DNA of 64,000 nt. It comes from Phyllobates terribilis (taxonomy: Eukaryota). The notes below the pieces were generated by a model. That model was not told where the DNA came from and ran no database searches. It worked only from the letters and a program-made list of their open reading frames with translations. The translations under genes and the position numbers were made by a program. Location: the NCBI RefSeq assembly GCF_046119375.1, contig NW_027362766.1, forward strand, positions 10,106,001-10,170,000, given 5' to 3'. Of the stretch, positions 22,038 through 33,000 are shown in pieces. Positions within the stretch are counted from its first letter, which is position 1, and each line of letters starts with the position of its first letter.

Positions 22038-22043
22038 AATAAA
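22038..22043 (+). terminator. Candidate SLC39A1 polyadenylation signal
   Basis: First AATAAA I found downstream of the SLC39A1 stop. Confidence 0.45.
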
Positions 22044-22062
22044 TATAATTTACACTATTAAG

Positions 22063-25000
22063 GGGGAGGTATTATCAGGTCGCGCCGTGTGTGAGGTGAT
22101 TATATAGCGGGGAGGTATTATCAGGCTGCAGCGTGTGTGAGGTGATTATATAGCGGGGAGGTATTATCAGGCTGCAGCGTGTGTGAGGTGATTATATAGC
22201 GGGGAGGTATTATCAGGTCGCAGCGTGTGTGAGGTGATTATATAGCGGGGAGGTATTATCAGGCTGCACCGTGTGTGAGGTGATTATATAGCGGGGAGGT
22301 ATTATCAGGCTGCAGCGTGTGTGAGGTGATTATATAGCGGGGAGGTATTATCAGGCTGCACCGTGTGTGAGGTGATTATATAGCGGGGAGGTATTATCAG
22401 GCTGCAGCGTGTGTGAGGTGATTATATAGCGGGGAGGTATTATCAGGCTGCAGCGTGTATGAGGTGATTATATAGCGGGGAGGTATTATCAGGCTGCAGC
22501 GTGTGTGAGGTGATTATATAGCGGGGAGGTATTATCAGGCTGCAGCGTGTGTGAGGTGATTATATAGCGGGGAGGTATTATCAGGCTGCAGCGTGTGTGA
22601 GGTGATTATATAGCGGGGAGGTATTATCAGGCTGCAGCGTGTGTGAGGTGATTATATAGCGGGGAGGTATTATCAGGCTGCAGCGTGTGTGAGGTGATTA
22701 TATAGCGGGGAGGTATTATCAGGCTGCAGCGTGTGTGAGGTGATTATACAGCGGGGAGGTATTATCAGGCTGCAGCGTGTGTGAGGTGATTATATAGCGG
22801 GGAGGTATTATCAGGCTGCAGCGTGTGTGAGGTGATTATATAGCGGGGAGGTATTATCAGGTCGCAGCGTGTGTGAGGTGATTATATAGCGGGGAGGTAT
22901 TATCAGGCTGCAGCGTGTGTGAGGTGATTATATAGCGGGGAGGTATTATCAGGCTGCAGCGTGTGTGAGGTGATTATATAGCGGGGAGGTATTATCAGGT
23001 CGCAGCGTGTGTGAGGTGATTATATAGCGGGGAGGTATTATCAGGCTGCAGCGTGTGTGAGGTGATTATATAGCAGGGAGGTATTATCAGGTCGCAGCGT
23101 GTGTGAGGTGATTATATAGCGGGGAGGTATTATCAGGTCGCAGCGTGTGTGAGGTGATTATATAGCGGGGAGGTATTATCAGGCTGCAGCGTGTGTGAGG
23201 TGATTATATAGCGGGGAGGTATTATCAGGTCGCAGCGTGTGTGAGGTGATTATATAGCGGGGAGGTATTATCAGGTCGCAGCGTGTGTGAGGTGATTATA
23301 TAGCGGGGAGGTATTATCAGGCTGCAGCGTGTGTGAGGTGATTATATAGCGGGGAGGTATTATCAGGCTGCAGCGTGTGTGAGGTGATTATATAGCGGGG
23401 AGGTATTATCAGGCTGCAGCGTGTGTGAGGTGATTATATAGCGGGGAGGTATTATCAGGCTGCAGCGTGTGTGAGGTGATTATATAGCGGGGAGGTATTA
23501 TCAGGCTGCAGCGTGTGTGAGGTGATTATATAGCGGGGAGGTATTATCAGGTCGCAGCGTGTGTGAGGTGATTATATAGCGGGGAGGTATTATCAGGCTG
23601 CAGCGTGTGTGAGGTGATTATATAGCGGGGAGGTATTATCAGGTCGCAGCGTGTGTGAGGTGATTATATAGCGGGGAGGTATTATCAGGCTGCAGCGTGT
23701 GTGAGGTGATTATATAGCGGGGAGGTATTATCAGGTCGCAGCGTGTGTGAGGTGATTATATAGCGGGGAGGTATTATCAGGCTGCAGCGTGTGTGAGGTG
23801 ATTATATAGCGGGGAGGTATTATCAGGTCGCAGCGTGTGTGAGGTGATTATATAGCGGGGAGGTATTATCAGGCCGCAGCGTGTGTGAGGTGATTATATA
23901 GCGGGGAGGTATTATCAGGTCGCAGCGTGTGTGAGGTGATTATATAGCGGGGAGGTATTATCAGGTCGCAGCGTGTGTGAGGTGATTATATAGCGGGGAG
24001 GTATTATCAGGCTGCAGCGTGTGTGAGGTGATTATATAGCGGGGAGGTATTATCAGGCTGCAGCGTGTGTGAGGTGATTATATAGCGGGGAGGTATTATC
24101 AGGCTGCAGCGTGTGTGAGGTGATTATATAGCGGGGAGGTATTATCAGGTCGCAGCGTGTGTGAGGTGATTATATAGCGGGGAGGTATTATCAGGTCGCA
24201 GCGTGTGTGAGGTGATTATATAGCGGGGAGGTATTATCAGGCTGCAGCGTGTGTGAGGTGATTATATAGCGGGGAGGTATTATCAGGTCGCAGCGTGTGT
24301 GAGGTGATTATATAGCGGGGAGGTATTATCAGGCTGCAGCGTGTGTGAGGTGATTATATAGCGGGGAGGTATTATCAGGTCGCAGCGTGTGTGAGGTGAT
24401 TATATAGCGGGGAGGTATTATCAGGCTGCAGCGTGTGTGAGGTGATTATATAGCGGGGAGGTATTATCAGGTCGCAGCGTGTGTGAGGTGATTATATAGC
24501 GGGGAGGTATTATCAGGTCGCAGCGTGTGTGAGGTGATTATATAGCGGGGAGGTATTATCAGGCTGCAGCGTGTGTGAGGTGATTATATAGCGGGGAGGT
24601 ATTATCAGGTCGCAGCGTGTGTGAGGTGATTATATAGCGGGGAGGTATTATCAGGCTGCAGCGTGTGTGAGGTGATTATATAGCGGGGAGGTATTATCAG
24701 GTCGCAGCGTGTGTGAGGTGATTATATAGCGGGGAGGTATTATCAGGTCGCAGCGTGTGTGAGGTGATTATATAGCGGGGAGGTATTATCAGGCTGCAGC
24801 GTGTGTGAGGTGATTATATAGCGGGGAGGTATTATCAGGCTGCAGCGTGTGTGAGGTGATTATATAGCGGGGAGGTATTATCAGGCTGCAGCGTGTGTGA
24901 GGTGATTATATAGCGGGGAGGTATTATCAGGCTGCAGCGTGTGTGAGGTGATTATATAGCGAGGAGGTATTATCAGGTCGCAGCGTGTGTGAGGTGATTA

Positions 25001-27997
25001 TATAGCGGGGAGGTATTATCAGGTCGCGCCGTGTGTGAGGTGATTATATAGCGGGGAGGTATTATCAGGCTGCAGCGTGTGTGAGGTGATTATATAGCGG
25101 GGAGGTATTATCAGGCTGCAGCGTGTGTGAGGTGATTATATAGCGGGGAGGTATTATCAGGCTGCAGCGTGTGTGAGGTGATTATATAGCGGGGAGGTAT
25201 TATCAGGCTGCAGCGTGTGTGAGGTGATTATATAGCGGGGAGGTATTATCAGGCTGCAGCGTGTGTGAGGTGATTATATAGCGGGGAGGTATTATCAGGC
25301 TGCAGCGTGTGTGAGGTGATTATATAGCGGGGAGGTATTATCAGGCTGCAGCGTGTGTGAGGTGATTATATAGCGGGGAGGTATTATCAGGTCGCAGCGT
25401 GTGTGAGGTGATTATATAGCGGGGAGGTATTATCAGGTCGCAGCGTGTGTGAGGTGATTATATAGCGGGGAGGTATTATCAGGCTGCAGCGTGTGTGAGG
25501 TGATTATATAGCGGGGAGGTATTATCAGGTCGCAGCGTGTGTGAGGTGATTATATAGCGGGGAGGTATTATCAGGCTGCAGCGTGTGTGAGGTGATTATA
25601 TAGCGGGGAGGTATTATCAGGTCGCAGCGTGTGTGAGGTGATTATATAGCGGGGAGGTATTATCAGGTCGCAGCGTGTGTGAGGTGATTATATAGCGGGG
25701 AGGTATTATCAGGCTGCAGCGTGTGTGAGGTGATTATATAGCGGGGAGGTATTATCAGGTCGCAGCGTGTGTGAGGTGATTATATAGCGGGGAGGTATTA
25801 TCAGGTCGCGCCGTGTGTGAGGTGATTATATAGCGGGGAGGTATTATCAGGCTGCAGCGTGTGTGAGGTGATTATATAGCGGGGAGGTATTATCAGGCTG
25901 CAGCGTGTGTGAGGTGATTATATAGCGGGGAGGTATTATCAGGCTGCAGCGTGTGTGAGGTGATTATATAGCGGGGAGGTATTATCAGGTCGCGCCGTGT
26001 GTGAGGTGATTATATAGCGGGGAGGTATTATCAGGCTGCACCGTGTGTGAGGTGATTATATAGCGGGGAGGTATTATCAGGCTGCAGCGTGTGTGAGGTG
26101 ATTATATAGCGGGGAGGTATTATCAGGCTGCACCGTGTGTGAGGTGATTATATAGCGGGGAGGTATTATCAGGCTGCAGCGTGTGTGAGGTGATTATATA
26201 GCGGGGAGGTATTATCAGGCTGCAGCGTGTGTGAGGTGATTATATAGCGGGGAGGTATTATCAGGCTGCAGCGTGTGTGAGGTGATTATATAGCGGGGAG
26301 GTATTATCAGGCTGCAGCGTGTGTGAGGTGATTATATAGCGGGGAGGTATTATCAGGCTGCAGCGTGTGTGAGGTGATTATATAGCAGGGAGGTATTATC
26401 AGGTCGCAGCGTGTGTGAGGTGATTATATAGCGGGGAGGTATTATCAGGCTGCAGCGTGTGTGAGGTGATTATATAGCGGGGAGGTATTATCAGGCTGCA
26501 GCGTGTGTGAGGTGATTATATAGCGGGGAGGTATTATCAGGTCGCAGCGTGTGTGAGGTGATTATATAGCGGGGAGGTATTATCAGGCTGCAGCGTGTGT
26601 GAGGTGATTATATAGCGGGGAGGTATTATCAGGTCGCAGCGTGTGTGAGGTGATTATATAGCGGGGAGGTATTATCAGGCTGCAGCGTGTGTGAGGTGAT
26701 TATATAGCGGGGAGGTATTATCAGGTCGCAGCGTGTGTGAGGTGATTATATAGCGGGGAGGTATTATCAGGTCGCAGCGTGTGTGAGGTGATTATATAGC
26801 GGGGAGGTATTATCAGGCTGCAGCGTGTGTGAGGTGATTATATAGCGGGGAGGTATTATCAGGTCGCAGCGTGTGTGAGGTGATTATATAGCGGGGAGGT
26901 ATTATCAGGCTGCAGCGTGTGTGAGGTGATTATATAGCGGGGAGGTATTATCAGGTCGCGCCGTGTGTGAGGTGATTATATAGCGGGGAGGTATTATCAG
27001 GCTGCAGCGTGTGTGAGGTGATTATATAGCGGGGAGGTATTATCAGGCTGCAGCGTGTGTGAGGTGATTATATAGCGGGGAGGTATTATCAGGCTGCAGC
27101 GTGTGTGAGGTGATTATATAGCGGGGAGGTATTATCAGGCTGCAGCGTGTGTGAGGTGATTATATAGCGGGGAGGTATTATCAGGTCGCAGCGTGTGTGA
27201 GGTGATTATATAGCGGGGAGGTATTATCAGGCTGCAGCGTGTGTGAGGTGATTATATAGCGGGGAGGTATTATCAGGCTGCAGCGTGTGTGAGGTGATTA
27301 TATAGCGGGGAGGTATTATCAGGCTGCAGCGTGTGTGAGGTGATTATATAGCGGGGAGGTATTATCAGGCTGCAGCGTGTGTGAGGTGATTATATAGCGG
27401 GGAGGTATTATCAGGCTGCAGCGTGTGTGAGGTGATTATATAGCGGGGAGGTATTATCAGGCTGCAGCGTGTGTGAGGTGATTATATAGCGGGGAGGTAT
27501 TATCAGGCTGCAGCGTGTGTGAGGTGATTATATAGCGGGGAGGTATTATCAGGCTGCAGCGTGTGTGAGGTGATTATATAGCGGGGAGGTATTATCAGGC
27601 TGCAGCGTGTGTGAGGTGATTATATAGCGGGGAGGTATTATCAGGTCGCAGCGTGTGTGAGGTGATTATATAGCGGGGAGGTATTATCAGGCTGCAGCGT
27701 GTGTGAGGTGATTATATAGCGGGGAGGTATTATCAGGTCGCAGCGTGTGTGAGGTGATTATATAGCGGGGAGGTATTATCAGGTCGCAGCGTGTGTGAGG
27801 TGATTATATAGCGGGGAGGTATTATCAGGCTGCAGCGTGTGTGAGGTGATTATATAGCAGGGAGGTATTATCAGGTCGCAGCGTGTGTGAGGTGATTATA
27901 TAGCAGGGAGGTATTATCAGGTCGCAGCGTGTGTGAGGTGATTATATAGCGGGGAGGTATTATCAGGTCGCAGCGTGTGTGAGGTGATTATATAGCA
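22063..27997. repeat. 46-bp minisatellite (~129 copies)
   Basis: Unit GTATTATCAGGCTGCAGCGTGTGTGAGGTGATTATATAGCGGGGAG, highly homogeneous. Confidence 0.98.
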
Positions 27998-28648
27998 GGA
28001 TTGTGGGTGACATTACACTGATTAATATGACACCTTGGTTGATGAAATCCGTCCTGTGGTTCTTGTGTAATCTTTACTTTCAGTCTGGAGATAATGATAT
28101 GCTCGTGCTTTGGGACGGGCGCTCTATCTTGTGCTCCGGGGCGGCCTGTGGGGGGCGCTCTATCTGGTGCTCTGCTTACATATTCATCTGTATGCTCTTA
28201 TGACAGCTCACTGATCGGCCTCCTATGTTATATAATGCATCTAGCAGTGCGGGGCGACGTAATAGGAGGCCGGTCAGTGACTGATCAGTGAGCTGTCATA
28301 AGAGCATACAGATGAATATGTAAGCAGAGCACCAGATAGAGCGCTCCCCACAGGCCGCCCCGGAGCACCAGATAGAGCGCTCCCCACAGGCCGCCCCGGA
28401 GCACCAGATAGAGCGCTCCCCACAGGCCGCCCCGGAGCACCAGATAGAGCGCTCCCCACAGGCCGCCCCGGAGCACCAGATAGAGCGCTCCCCACAGGCC
28501 GCCCCGGAGCACGAGCATATCATTATCTCCAAACTGAGTATAGATTACACAAGAACCGCAGGATGGATTTCATCAACCAAGGTATCATATTAATCAGTGT
28601 AATGTCACCCTCCTGACAGTGTATGTAGTTACTGAGCACAATCCTGCT
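27994..28648. mobile_element. Palindromic MITE with an internal 40-bp tandem repeat
   Basis: Arms GGGTGACATTACACTGATTAATATGA...GAAATCC and GGATTTC...TCATATTAATCAGTGTAATGTCACCC, with outer AGCAGGATTGT/ACAATCCTGCT. The right arm holds ~5 copies of GAGCACCAGATAGAGCGCTCCCCACAGGCCGCCCCG. Confidence 0.8.
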
Positions 28649-28681
28649 GACCACTGCGCTTTATGCTGGACTTCATGGTGG

Positions 28682-28821
28682 TCAGTATTTGGTCAGTGTT
28701 TTTTCTCAGGAGTGGGAACCAAAACCAGGTAAAGAACAATCAGAGAAAAGGTATAATAGAAACAAGTCACCAATTCTGTATTTATCACCCACTCCTGAGA
28801 GAAATACTGACCAGATACTGA
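28682..28821. mobile_element. Short inverted-repeat element (MITE remnant)
   Basis: TCAGTATTTGGTCAGTGTTTTTTCTCAGGAGTGGG pairs with CCCACTCCTGAGAGAAATACTGACCAGATACTGA. Confidence 0.6.
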
Positions 28822-28898
28822 TAGTGGGGCCGGGGCTAAGACAGTTGCTCACGTTATTTTGTGTCATAACAAAACTTGAGGATTTAGCGGACTGTTAA

Positions 28899-29797
28899 AG
28901 GGAACCTGTCACATCCTAGCGACTATCTACACTGCCCCCATAGCGTGTGCAGTGATGCCGTGTGCAGTGAGCGTCACTAACAAGCTGTTTTTGCCGTGTG
29001 CAGTGAGCGTCACTAACAAGCTGTTTTCATTAAAATTGTTGGTAGAATAATTATTCTATAACCTTTGATAGGACAAAGTCTATCTGCTCCTATTCAGCCA
29101 TAGGGGTGCAATCCTCACATTCAGCCGTGGGGGTGCGATCCCGACATTCGGCCATAGGGGTGCGATCCCGACATTCAGCCATAGGGGTGCGATCCCGGCA
29201 TGCGGCCATAGGGCTGCGATCCCGGCATGCGGCCATAGGGCTGCGATCCCGGCATGCGGCCATAGGGCTGCGATCCCGGCATGCGGCCATAGGGCTGCGA
29301 TCCCGGCATGCGGCCATAGGGCTGCGATCCCGGCATGCGGCCATAGGGCTGCGATCCCGGCATGCGGCCATAGGGCTGCGATCCCGGCATGCGGCCATAG
29401 GGCTGCGATCCCGGCATGCGGCCATAGGGCTGCGATCCCGGCATGCGGCCATAGGGCTGCGATCTCGGCATCCGGCCATAGGGGGTCGCACCCCCACGGC
29501 TGAATGTGAGGATTGCACCCCTATGGCTGAATGTGAGGATTGCACCCCTATGGCTGAATGTGAGGATTGCACCCCTATGGCTGAATGTGAGGATTGCACC
29601 CCTATGGCTGAATGTGAGGATTGCACCCCTATGGCTGAATAGGAGCAGATAGACTTTGTCCTATCAAAGGTTATAGAATCCTTATTCTACCAACAATTTT
29701 AATGAAAACAGCTTGTTAGTGACGCTCACTGCACACGGCATCACTGCACACGCTATGGGGGCAGTGTAGATAGTCGCTAGGATGTGACAGGTTCCCT
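28899..29797. mobile_element. T2-family (Kolobok-type) MITE with TTAA target duplication
   Basis: TTAA|AGGGAACCTGTCAC ... GTGACAGGTTCCCT|TTAA (TSDs 28895-28898 and 29798-29801). Near-perfect ~200-bp arms surround 27-bp tandem arrays. Confidence 0.9.
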
Positions 29798-29832
29798 TTA
29801 ATGGTTACAGCGGATTGACTGCGCACAGGAGG

Positions 29833-30023
29833 CTGGGAGATGTAGTTTTGGACACGGTTGCAATTACTATATTGACGCCGCCTTGAACTTTATTTCCCGG
29901 CATGCAGCGGTCCGGCGCCGCCCGCGCCCCGTAGTGGTGAGCGGGGTTTGTAGTCCGCCGTCGCTTCCGATGCCGCCTGTAGAGCGGAGTTAGGGCGGAA
30001 CAGGACTACGGTTCCCGGCGTGC
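29833..30023. promoter_or_regulatory. CRTC2 promoter with four ZNF143/THAP11 (ACTACA-NN-TCCC)-like motifs
   Basis: Minus ACTACATCTCCCAG (29833-29846), plus ACTTTATTTCCCGGCATGC (29887-29905), minus GGACTACAAACCCC (29943-29956) and plus ACTACGGTTCCCGGCGTGC (30005-30023), in CpG-rich DNA. Confidence 0.65.
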
Positions 30024-30082
30024 CCGGCACCGCGGCTTCACTCCCCCTATATCCCATCGGCGCCTACGGAAGGGCTGGAAAA

Positions 30083-33000
30083 ATGGCTGCTCCGGGGTCC
30101 AGCGGGCCGGGCTCGGCCTCCAACCCGCGCAAGTTCAGCGAGAAGATCGCACTGCAGCGTCAGAGACAAGCGGAGGAGACGGCGGCCTTCGAGGAGGTCA
30201 TGATGGACATCGGCTCCACCCGGGTACGACCCTCCACATATCGCGATAACTGACTGCTGTCAGAGAGGAGAGACAGAGACGGGCGAGAGGAGAGAGAGGG
30301 ACTGGCCTCAGACGGGTGAGAGGAGAGGAGAGAGAAAGACTGGCGTCTGATGGGTGAGAGGAGAGAGAGGGACGGGAGAGAGGGACTGGCCTCAGACGGG
30401 TGAGAGGAGAGAGAAAGACTGGCGTCTGATGGGCGAGAGGAGAGAGGGACTGGCGTCTGATGGGCGAGAGGAGAGAGAGACTGGCGTCAGACGGGCGAGA
30501 GGAGAGAGAGGGACTGGCGTCAGACGGGCGAGAGGAGAGAGAGGGACTGGCCTCAGACGGGCGAGAGGAGAGAGAAAGACTGGCGTCTGATGGGCGAGAG
30601 GAGAGAGGGACTGGCGTCTGATGGGCGAGAGGAGAGAGAGACTGGCGTCAGACGGGCGAGAGGAGAGAGAGGGACTGGCGTCAGACGGGCGAGAGGAGAG
30701 AGAGGGACTGGCGTCAGACGGGCGAGAGGAGAGAGAGGGACTGGCGTCAGACGGGCGAGAGGAGAGAGAGGGACTGGCGTCAGACGGGCGAGAGGAGAGA
30801 GAGGGACTGGCGTCAGACGGGCGAGAGGAGAGAGAGGGACTGGCGTCTGACGGGCGAGAGGAGAGAGAGGGGGACGGGCCTCAGACGGGCGAGAGGAGAG
30901 AGAGGGGGACGGGCCTCAGACGGGCGAGAGGAGAGAGAGAGGGATGGATGGGCCTCAGACGGGCGAGAGGAGAGGGATGGACTGGCGTCTGACGGGCGAG
31001 AGGAGAGAGAGGGACTGGCGTCTGACGGGCGAGAGGAGAGAGAGGGACTGGCGTCTGACGGGCGAGAGGAGAGAGAGGGACTGGCGTCTGACGGGCGAGA
31101 GGAGAGAGAGGGACTGGCGTATGACGGGCGAGAGGAGAGAGAGGGACGGGCGAGAGGAGAGAGAGGGACGGGCGTCAGACGGGCGAGAGGAGAGAGAGGG
31201 GGACGGGCGAGAGGAGAGAGAGGGACGGGCGAGAGGAGAGAGAGGGGGACGGGCGTCAGACGGGCGAGAGGAGAGAGAGGGGGACGGGCGTCAGACGGGC
31301 GAGAGGAGAGAGAGAGGGAGGGGCGTCTGACGGGCGAGAGGAGAGAGAGAGGGAGGGGCGTCTGACGGGCGAGAGGAGAGAGAGAGGGAGGGGCGTCTGA
31401 CGGGCGAGAGGAGAGAGAGAGGGAGGGGCGTCTGACGGGCGAGAGGAGAGAGAGAGGGAGGGGCGTCTGACGGGCGAGAGGAGAGAGAGAGGGAGGGGCG
31501 TCTGACGGGCGAGAGGAGAGAGAGAGGGAGGGGCGTCTGACGGGCGAGAGGAGAGAGAGAGGGAGGGGCGTCTGACGGGCGAGAGGAGAGAGAGAGGGAG
31601 GGGCGTCTGACGGGCGAGAGGAGAGAGAGAGGGAGGGGCGTCTGACGGGCGAGAGGAGAGGGATGGACGGGCCTCAGACGGGCGAGAGGAGAGAGAGGGA
31701 TGGACGGGCCTCAGACGGGCGAGAGGAGAGAGAGGGATGGACGGGCCTCAGACGGGCGAGAGGAGAGGGATGGACTGGCGTCTGACGGGCGAGAGGAGAG
31801 AGAGGGATGGACTGGCGTCTGACGGGCGAGAGGAGAGGGATGGACTGGCGTCTGACGGGCGAGAGGAGAGAGAGGGACTGGCGTCTGACGGTCGAGAGGA
31901 GAGAGAGGGACGGGCGTCTGACGGTCGAGAGGAGAGAGAGGGACGGGCGTCTGACGGGCGAGAGGAGAGAGAGGGACGGGCGAGAGGAGAGAGAGGGACG
32001 GGCGTCTGACGGGCGAGAGGAGAGAGAGGGACGGGCGTCTGACGGGCGAGAGGAGAGAGAGGGACGGTCGTCTGACGGGCGAGAGGAGAGAGAGGGACGG
32101 GCGTCTGACGGGCGAGAGGAGAGAGAGGGACGGGCGTCTGACGGGCGAGAGGAGAGAGAGGGACGGGCGTCTGACGGGCGAGAGGAGAGAGAGGGACGGG
32201 CGTCTGACGGGCGAGAGGAGAGAGAGGGACGGGCGTCTGACGGGCGAGAGGAGAGAGAGGGACGGGCGTCTGACGGGCGAGAGGAGAGAGAGGGACGGGC
32301 GTCTGACGGGCGAGAGGAGAGAGAGGGACGGGCGTCTGACGGGCGAGAGGAGAGAGAGGGACGGGCGTCTGACGGGCGAGAGGAGAGAGAGGGACGGGCG
32401 TCTGACGGGCGAGAAGAGAGAGAGGGGGACGGGCGAGAGGAGAGAGAGGGGGACGGGCGAGAGGAGAGAGGGGGACGGGCGTCAGACGGGCGAGAGGAGA
32501 GAGAGGGGGACGGGCGTCAGACGGGCGAGAGGAGAGAGAGGGAGGGGCGTCTGACGGGCGAGAGGAGAGAGAGAGGGAGGGGCGTCTGACGGGCGAGAGG
32601 AGAGAGAGAGGGAGGGGCGTCTGACGGGCGAGAGGAGAGAGAGAGGGAGGGGCGTCTGACGGGCGAGAGGAGAGAGAGAGGGAGGGGCGTCTGACGGGCG
32701 AGAGGAGAGAGAGAGGGAGGGGCGTCTGACGGGCGAGAGGAGAGAGAGAGGGAGGGGCGTCTGACGGGCGAGAGGAGAGAGAGAGGGAGGGGCGTCTGAC
32801 GGGCGAGAGGAGAGAGAGAGGGAGGGGCGTCTGACGGGCGAGAGGAGAGAGAGGGACTGGCGTCTGACGGGCGAGAGGAGAGAGAGGGACGGGCGTCTGA
32901 CGGGCGAGAGGAGAGAGAGGGACGGGCGAGAGGAGAGAGAGGGGGACGGGCGAGAGGAGAGAGAGGGGGACGGGCGAGAGGAGAGAGGGGGGGACGGGCG

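Noticed and set aside
22063-27997. CRISPR-like appearance of regular repeats (also 15726-17965 and 50280-64000)
   Set aside because: Units are head-to-tail with no unique spacers, there are no cas genes, and the context is a spliced vertebrate locus.
30020-30082. GTG-initiated N-terminal extension of CRTC2
   Set aside because: Homology begins at ATG 30083, which has a good AAAATGG context, and the GTG lies inside a promoter motif.
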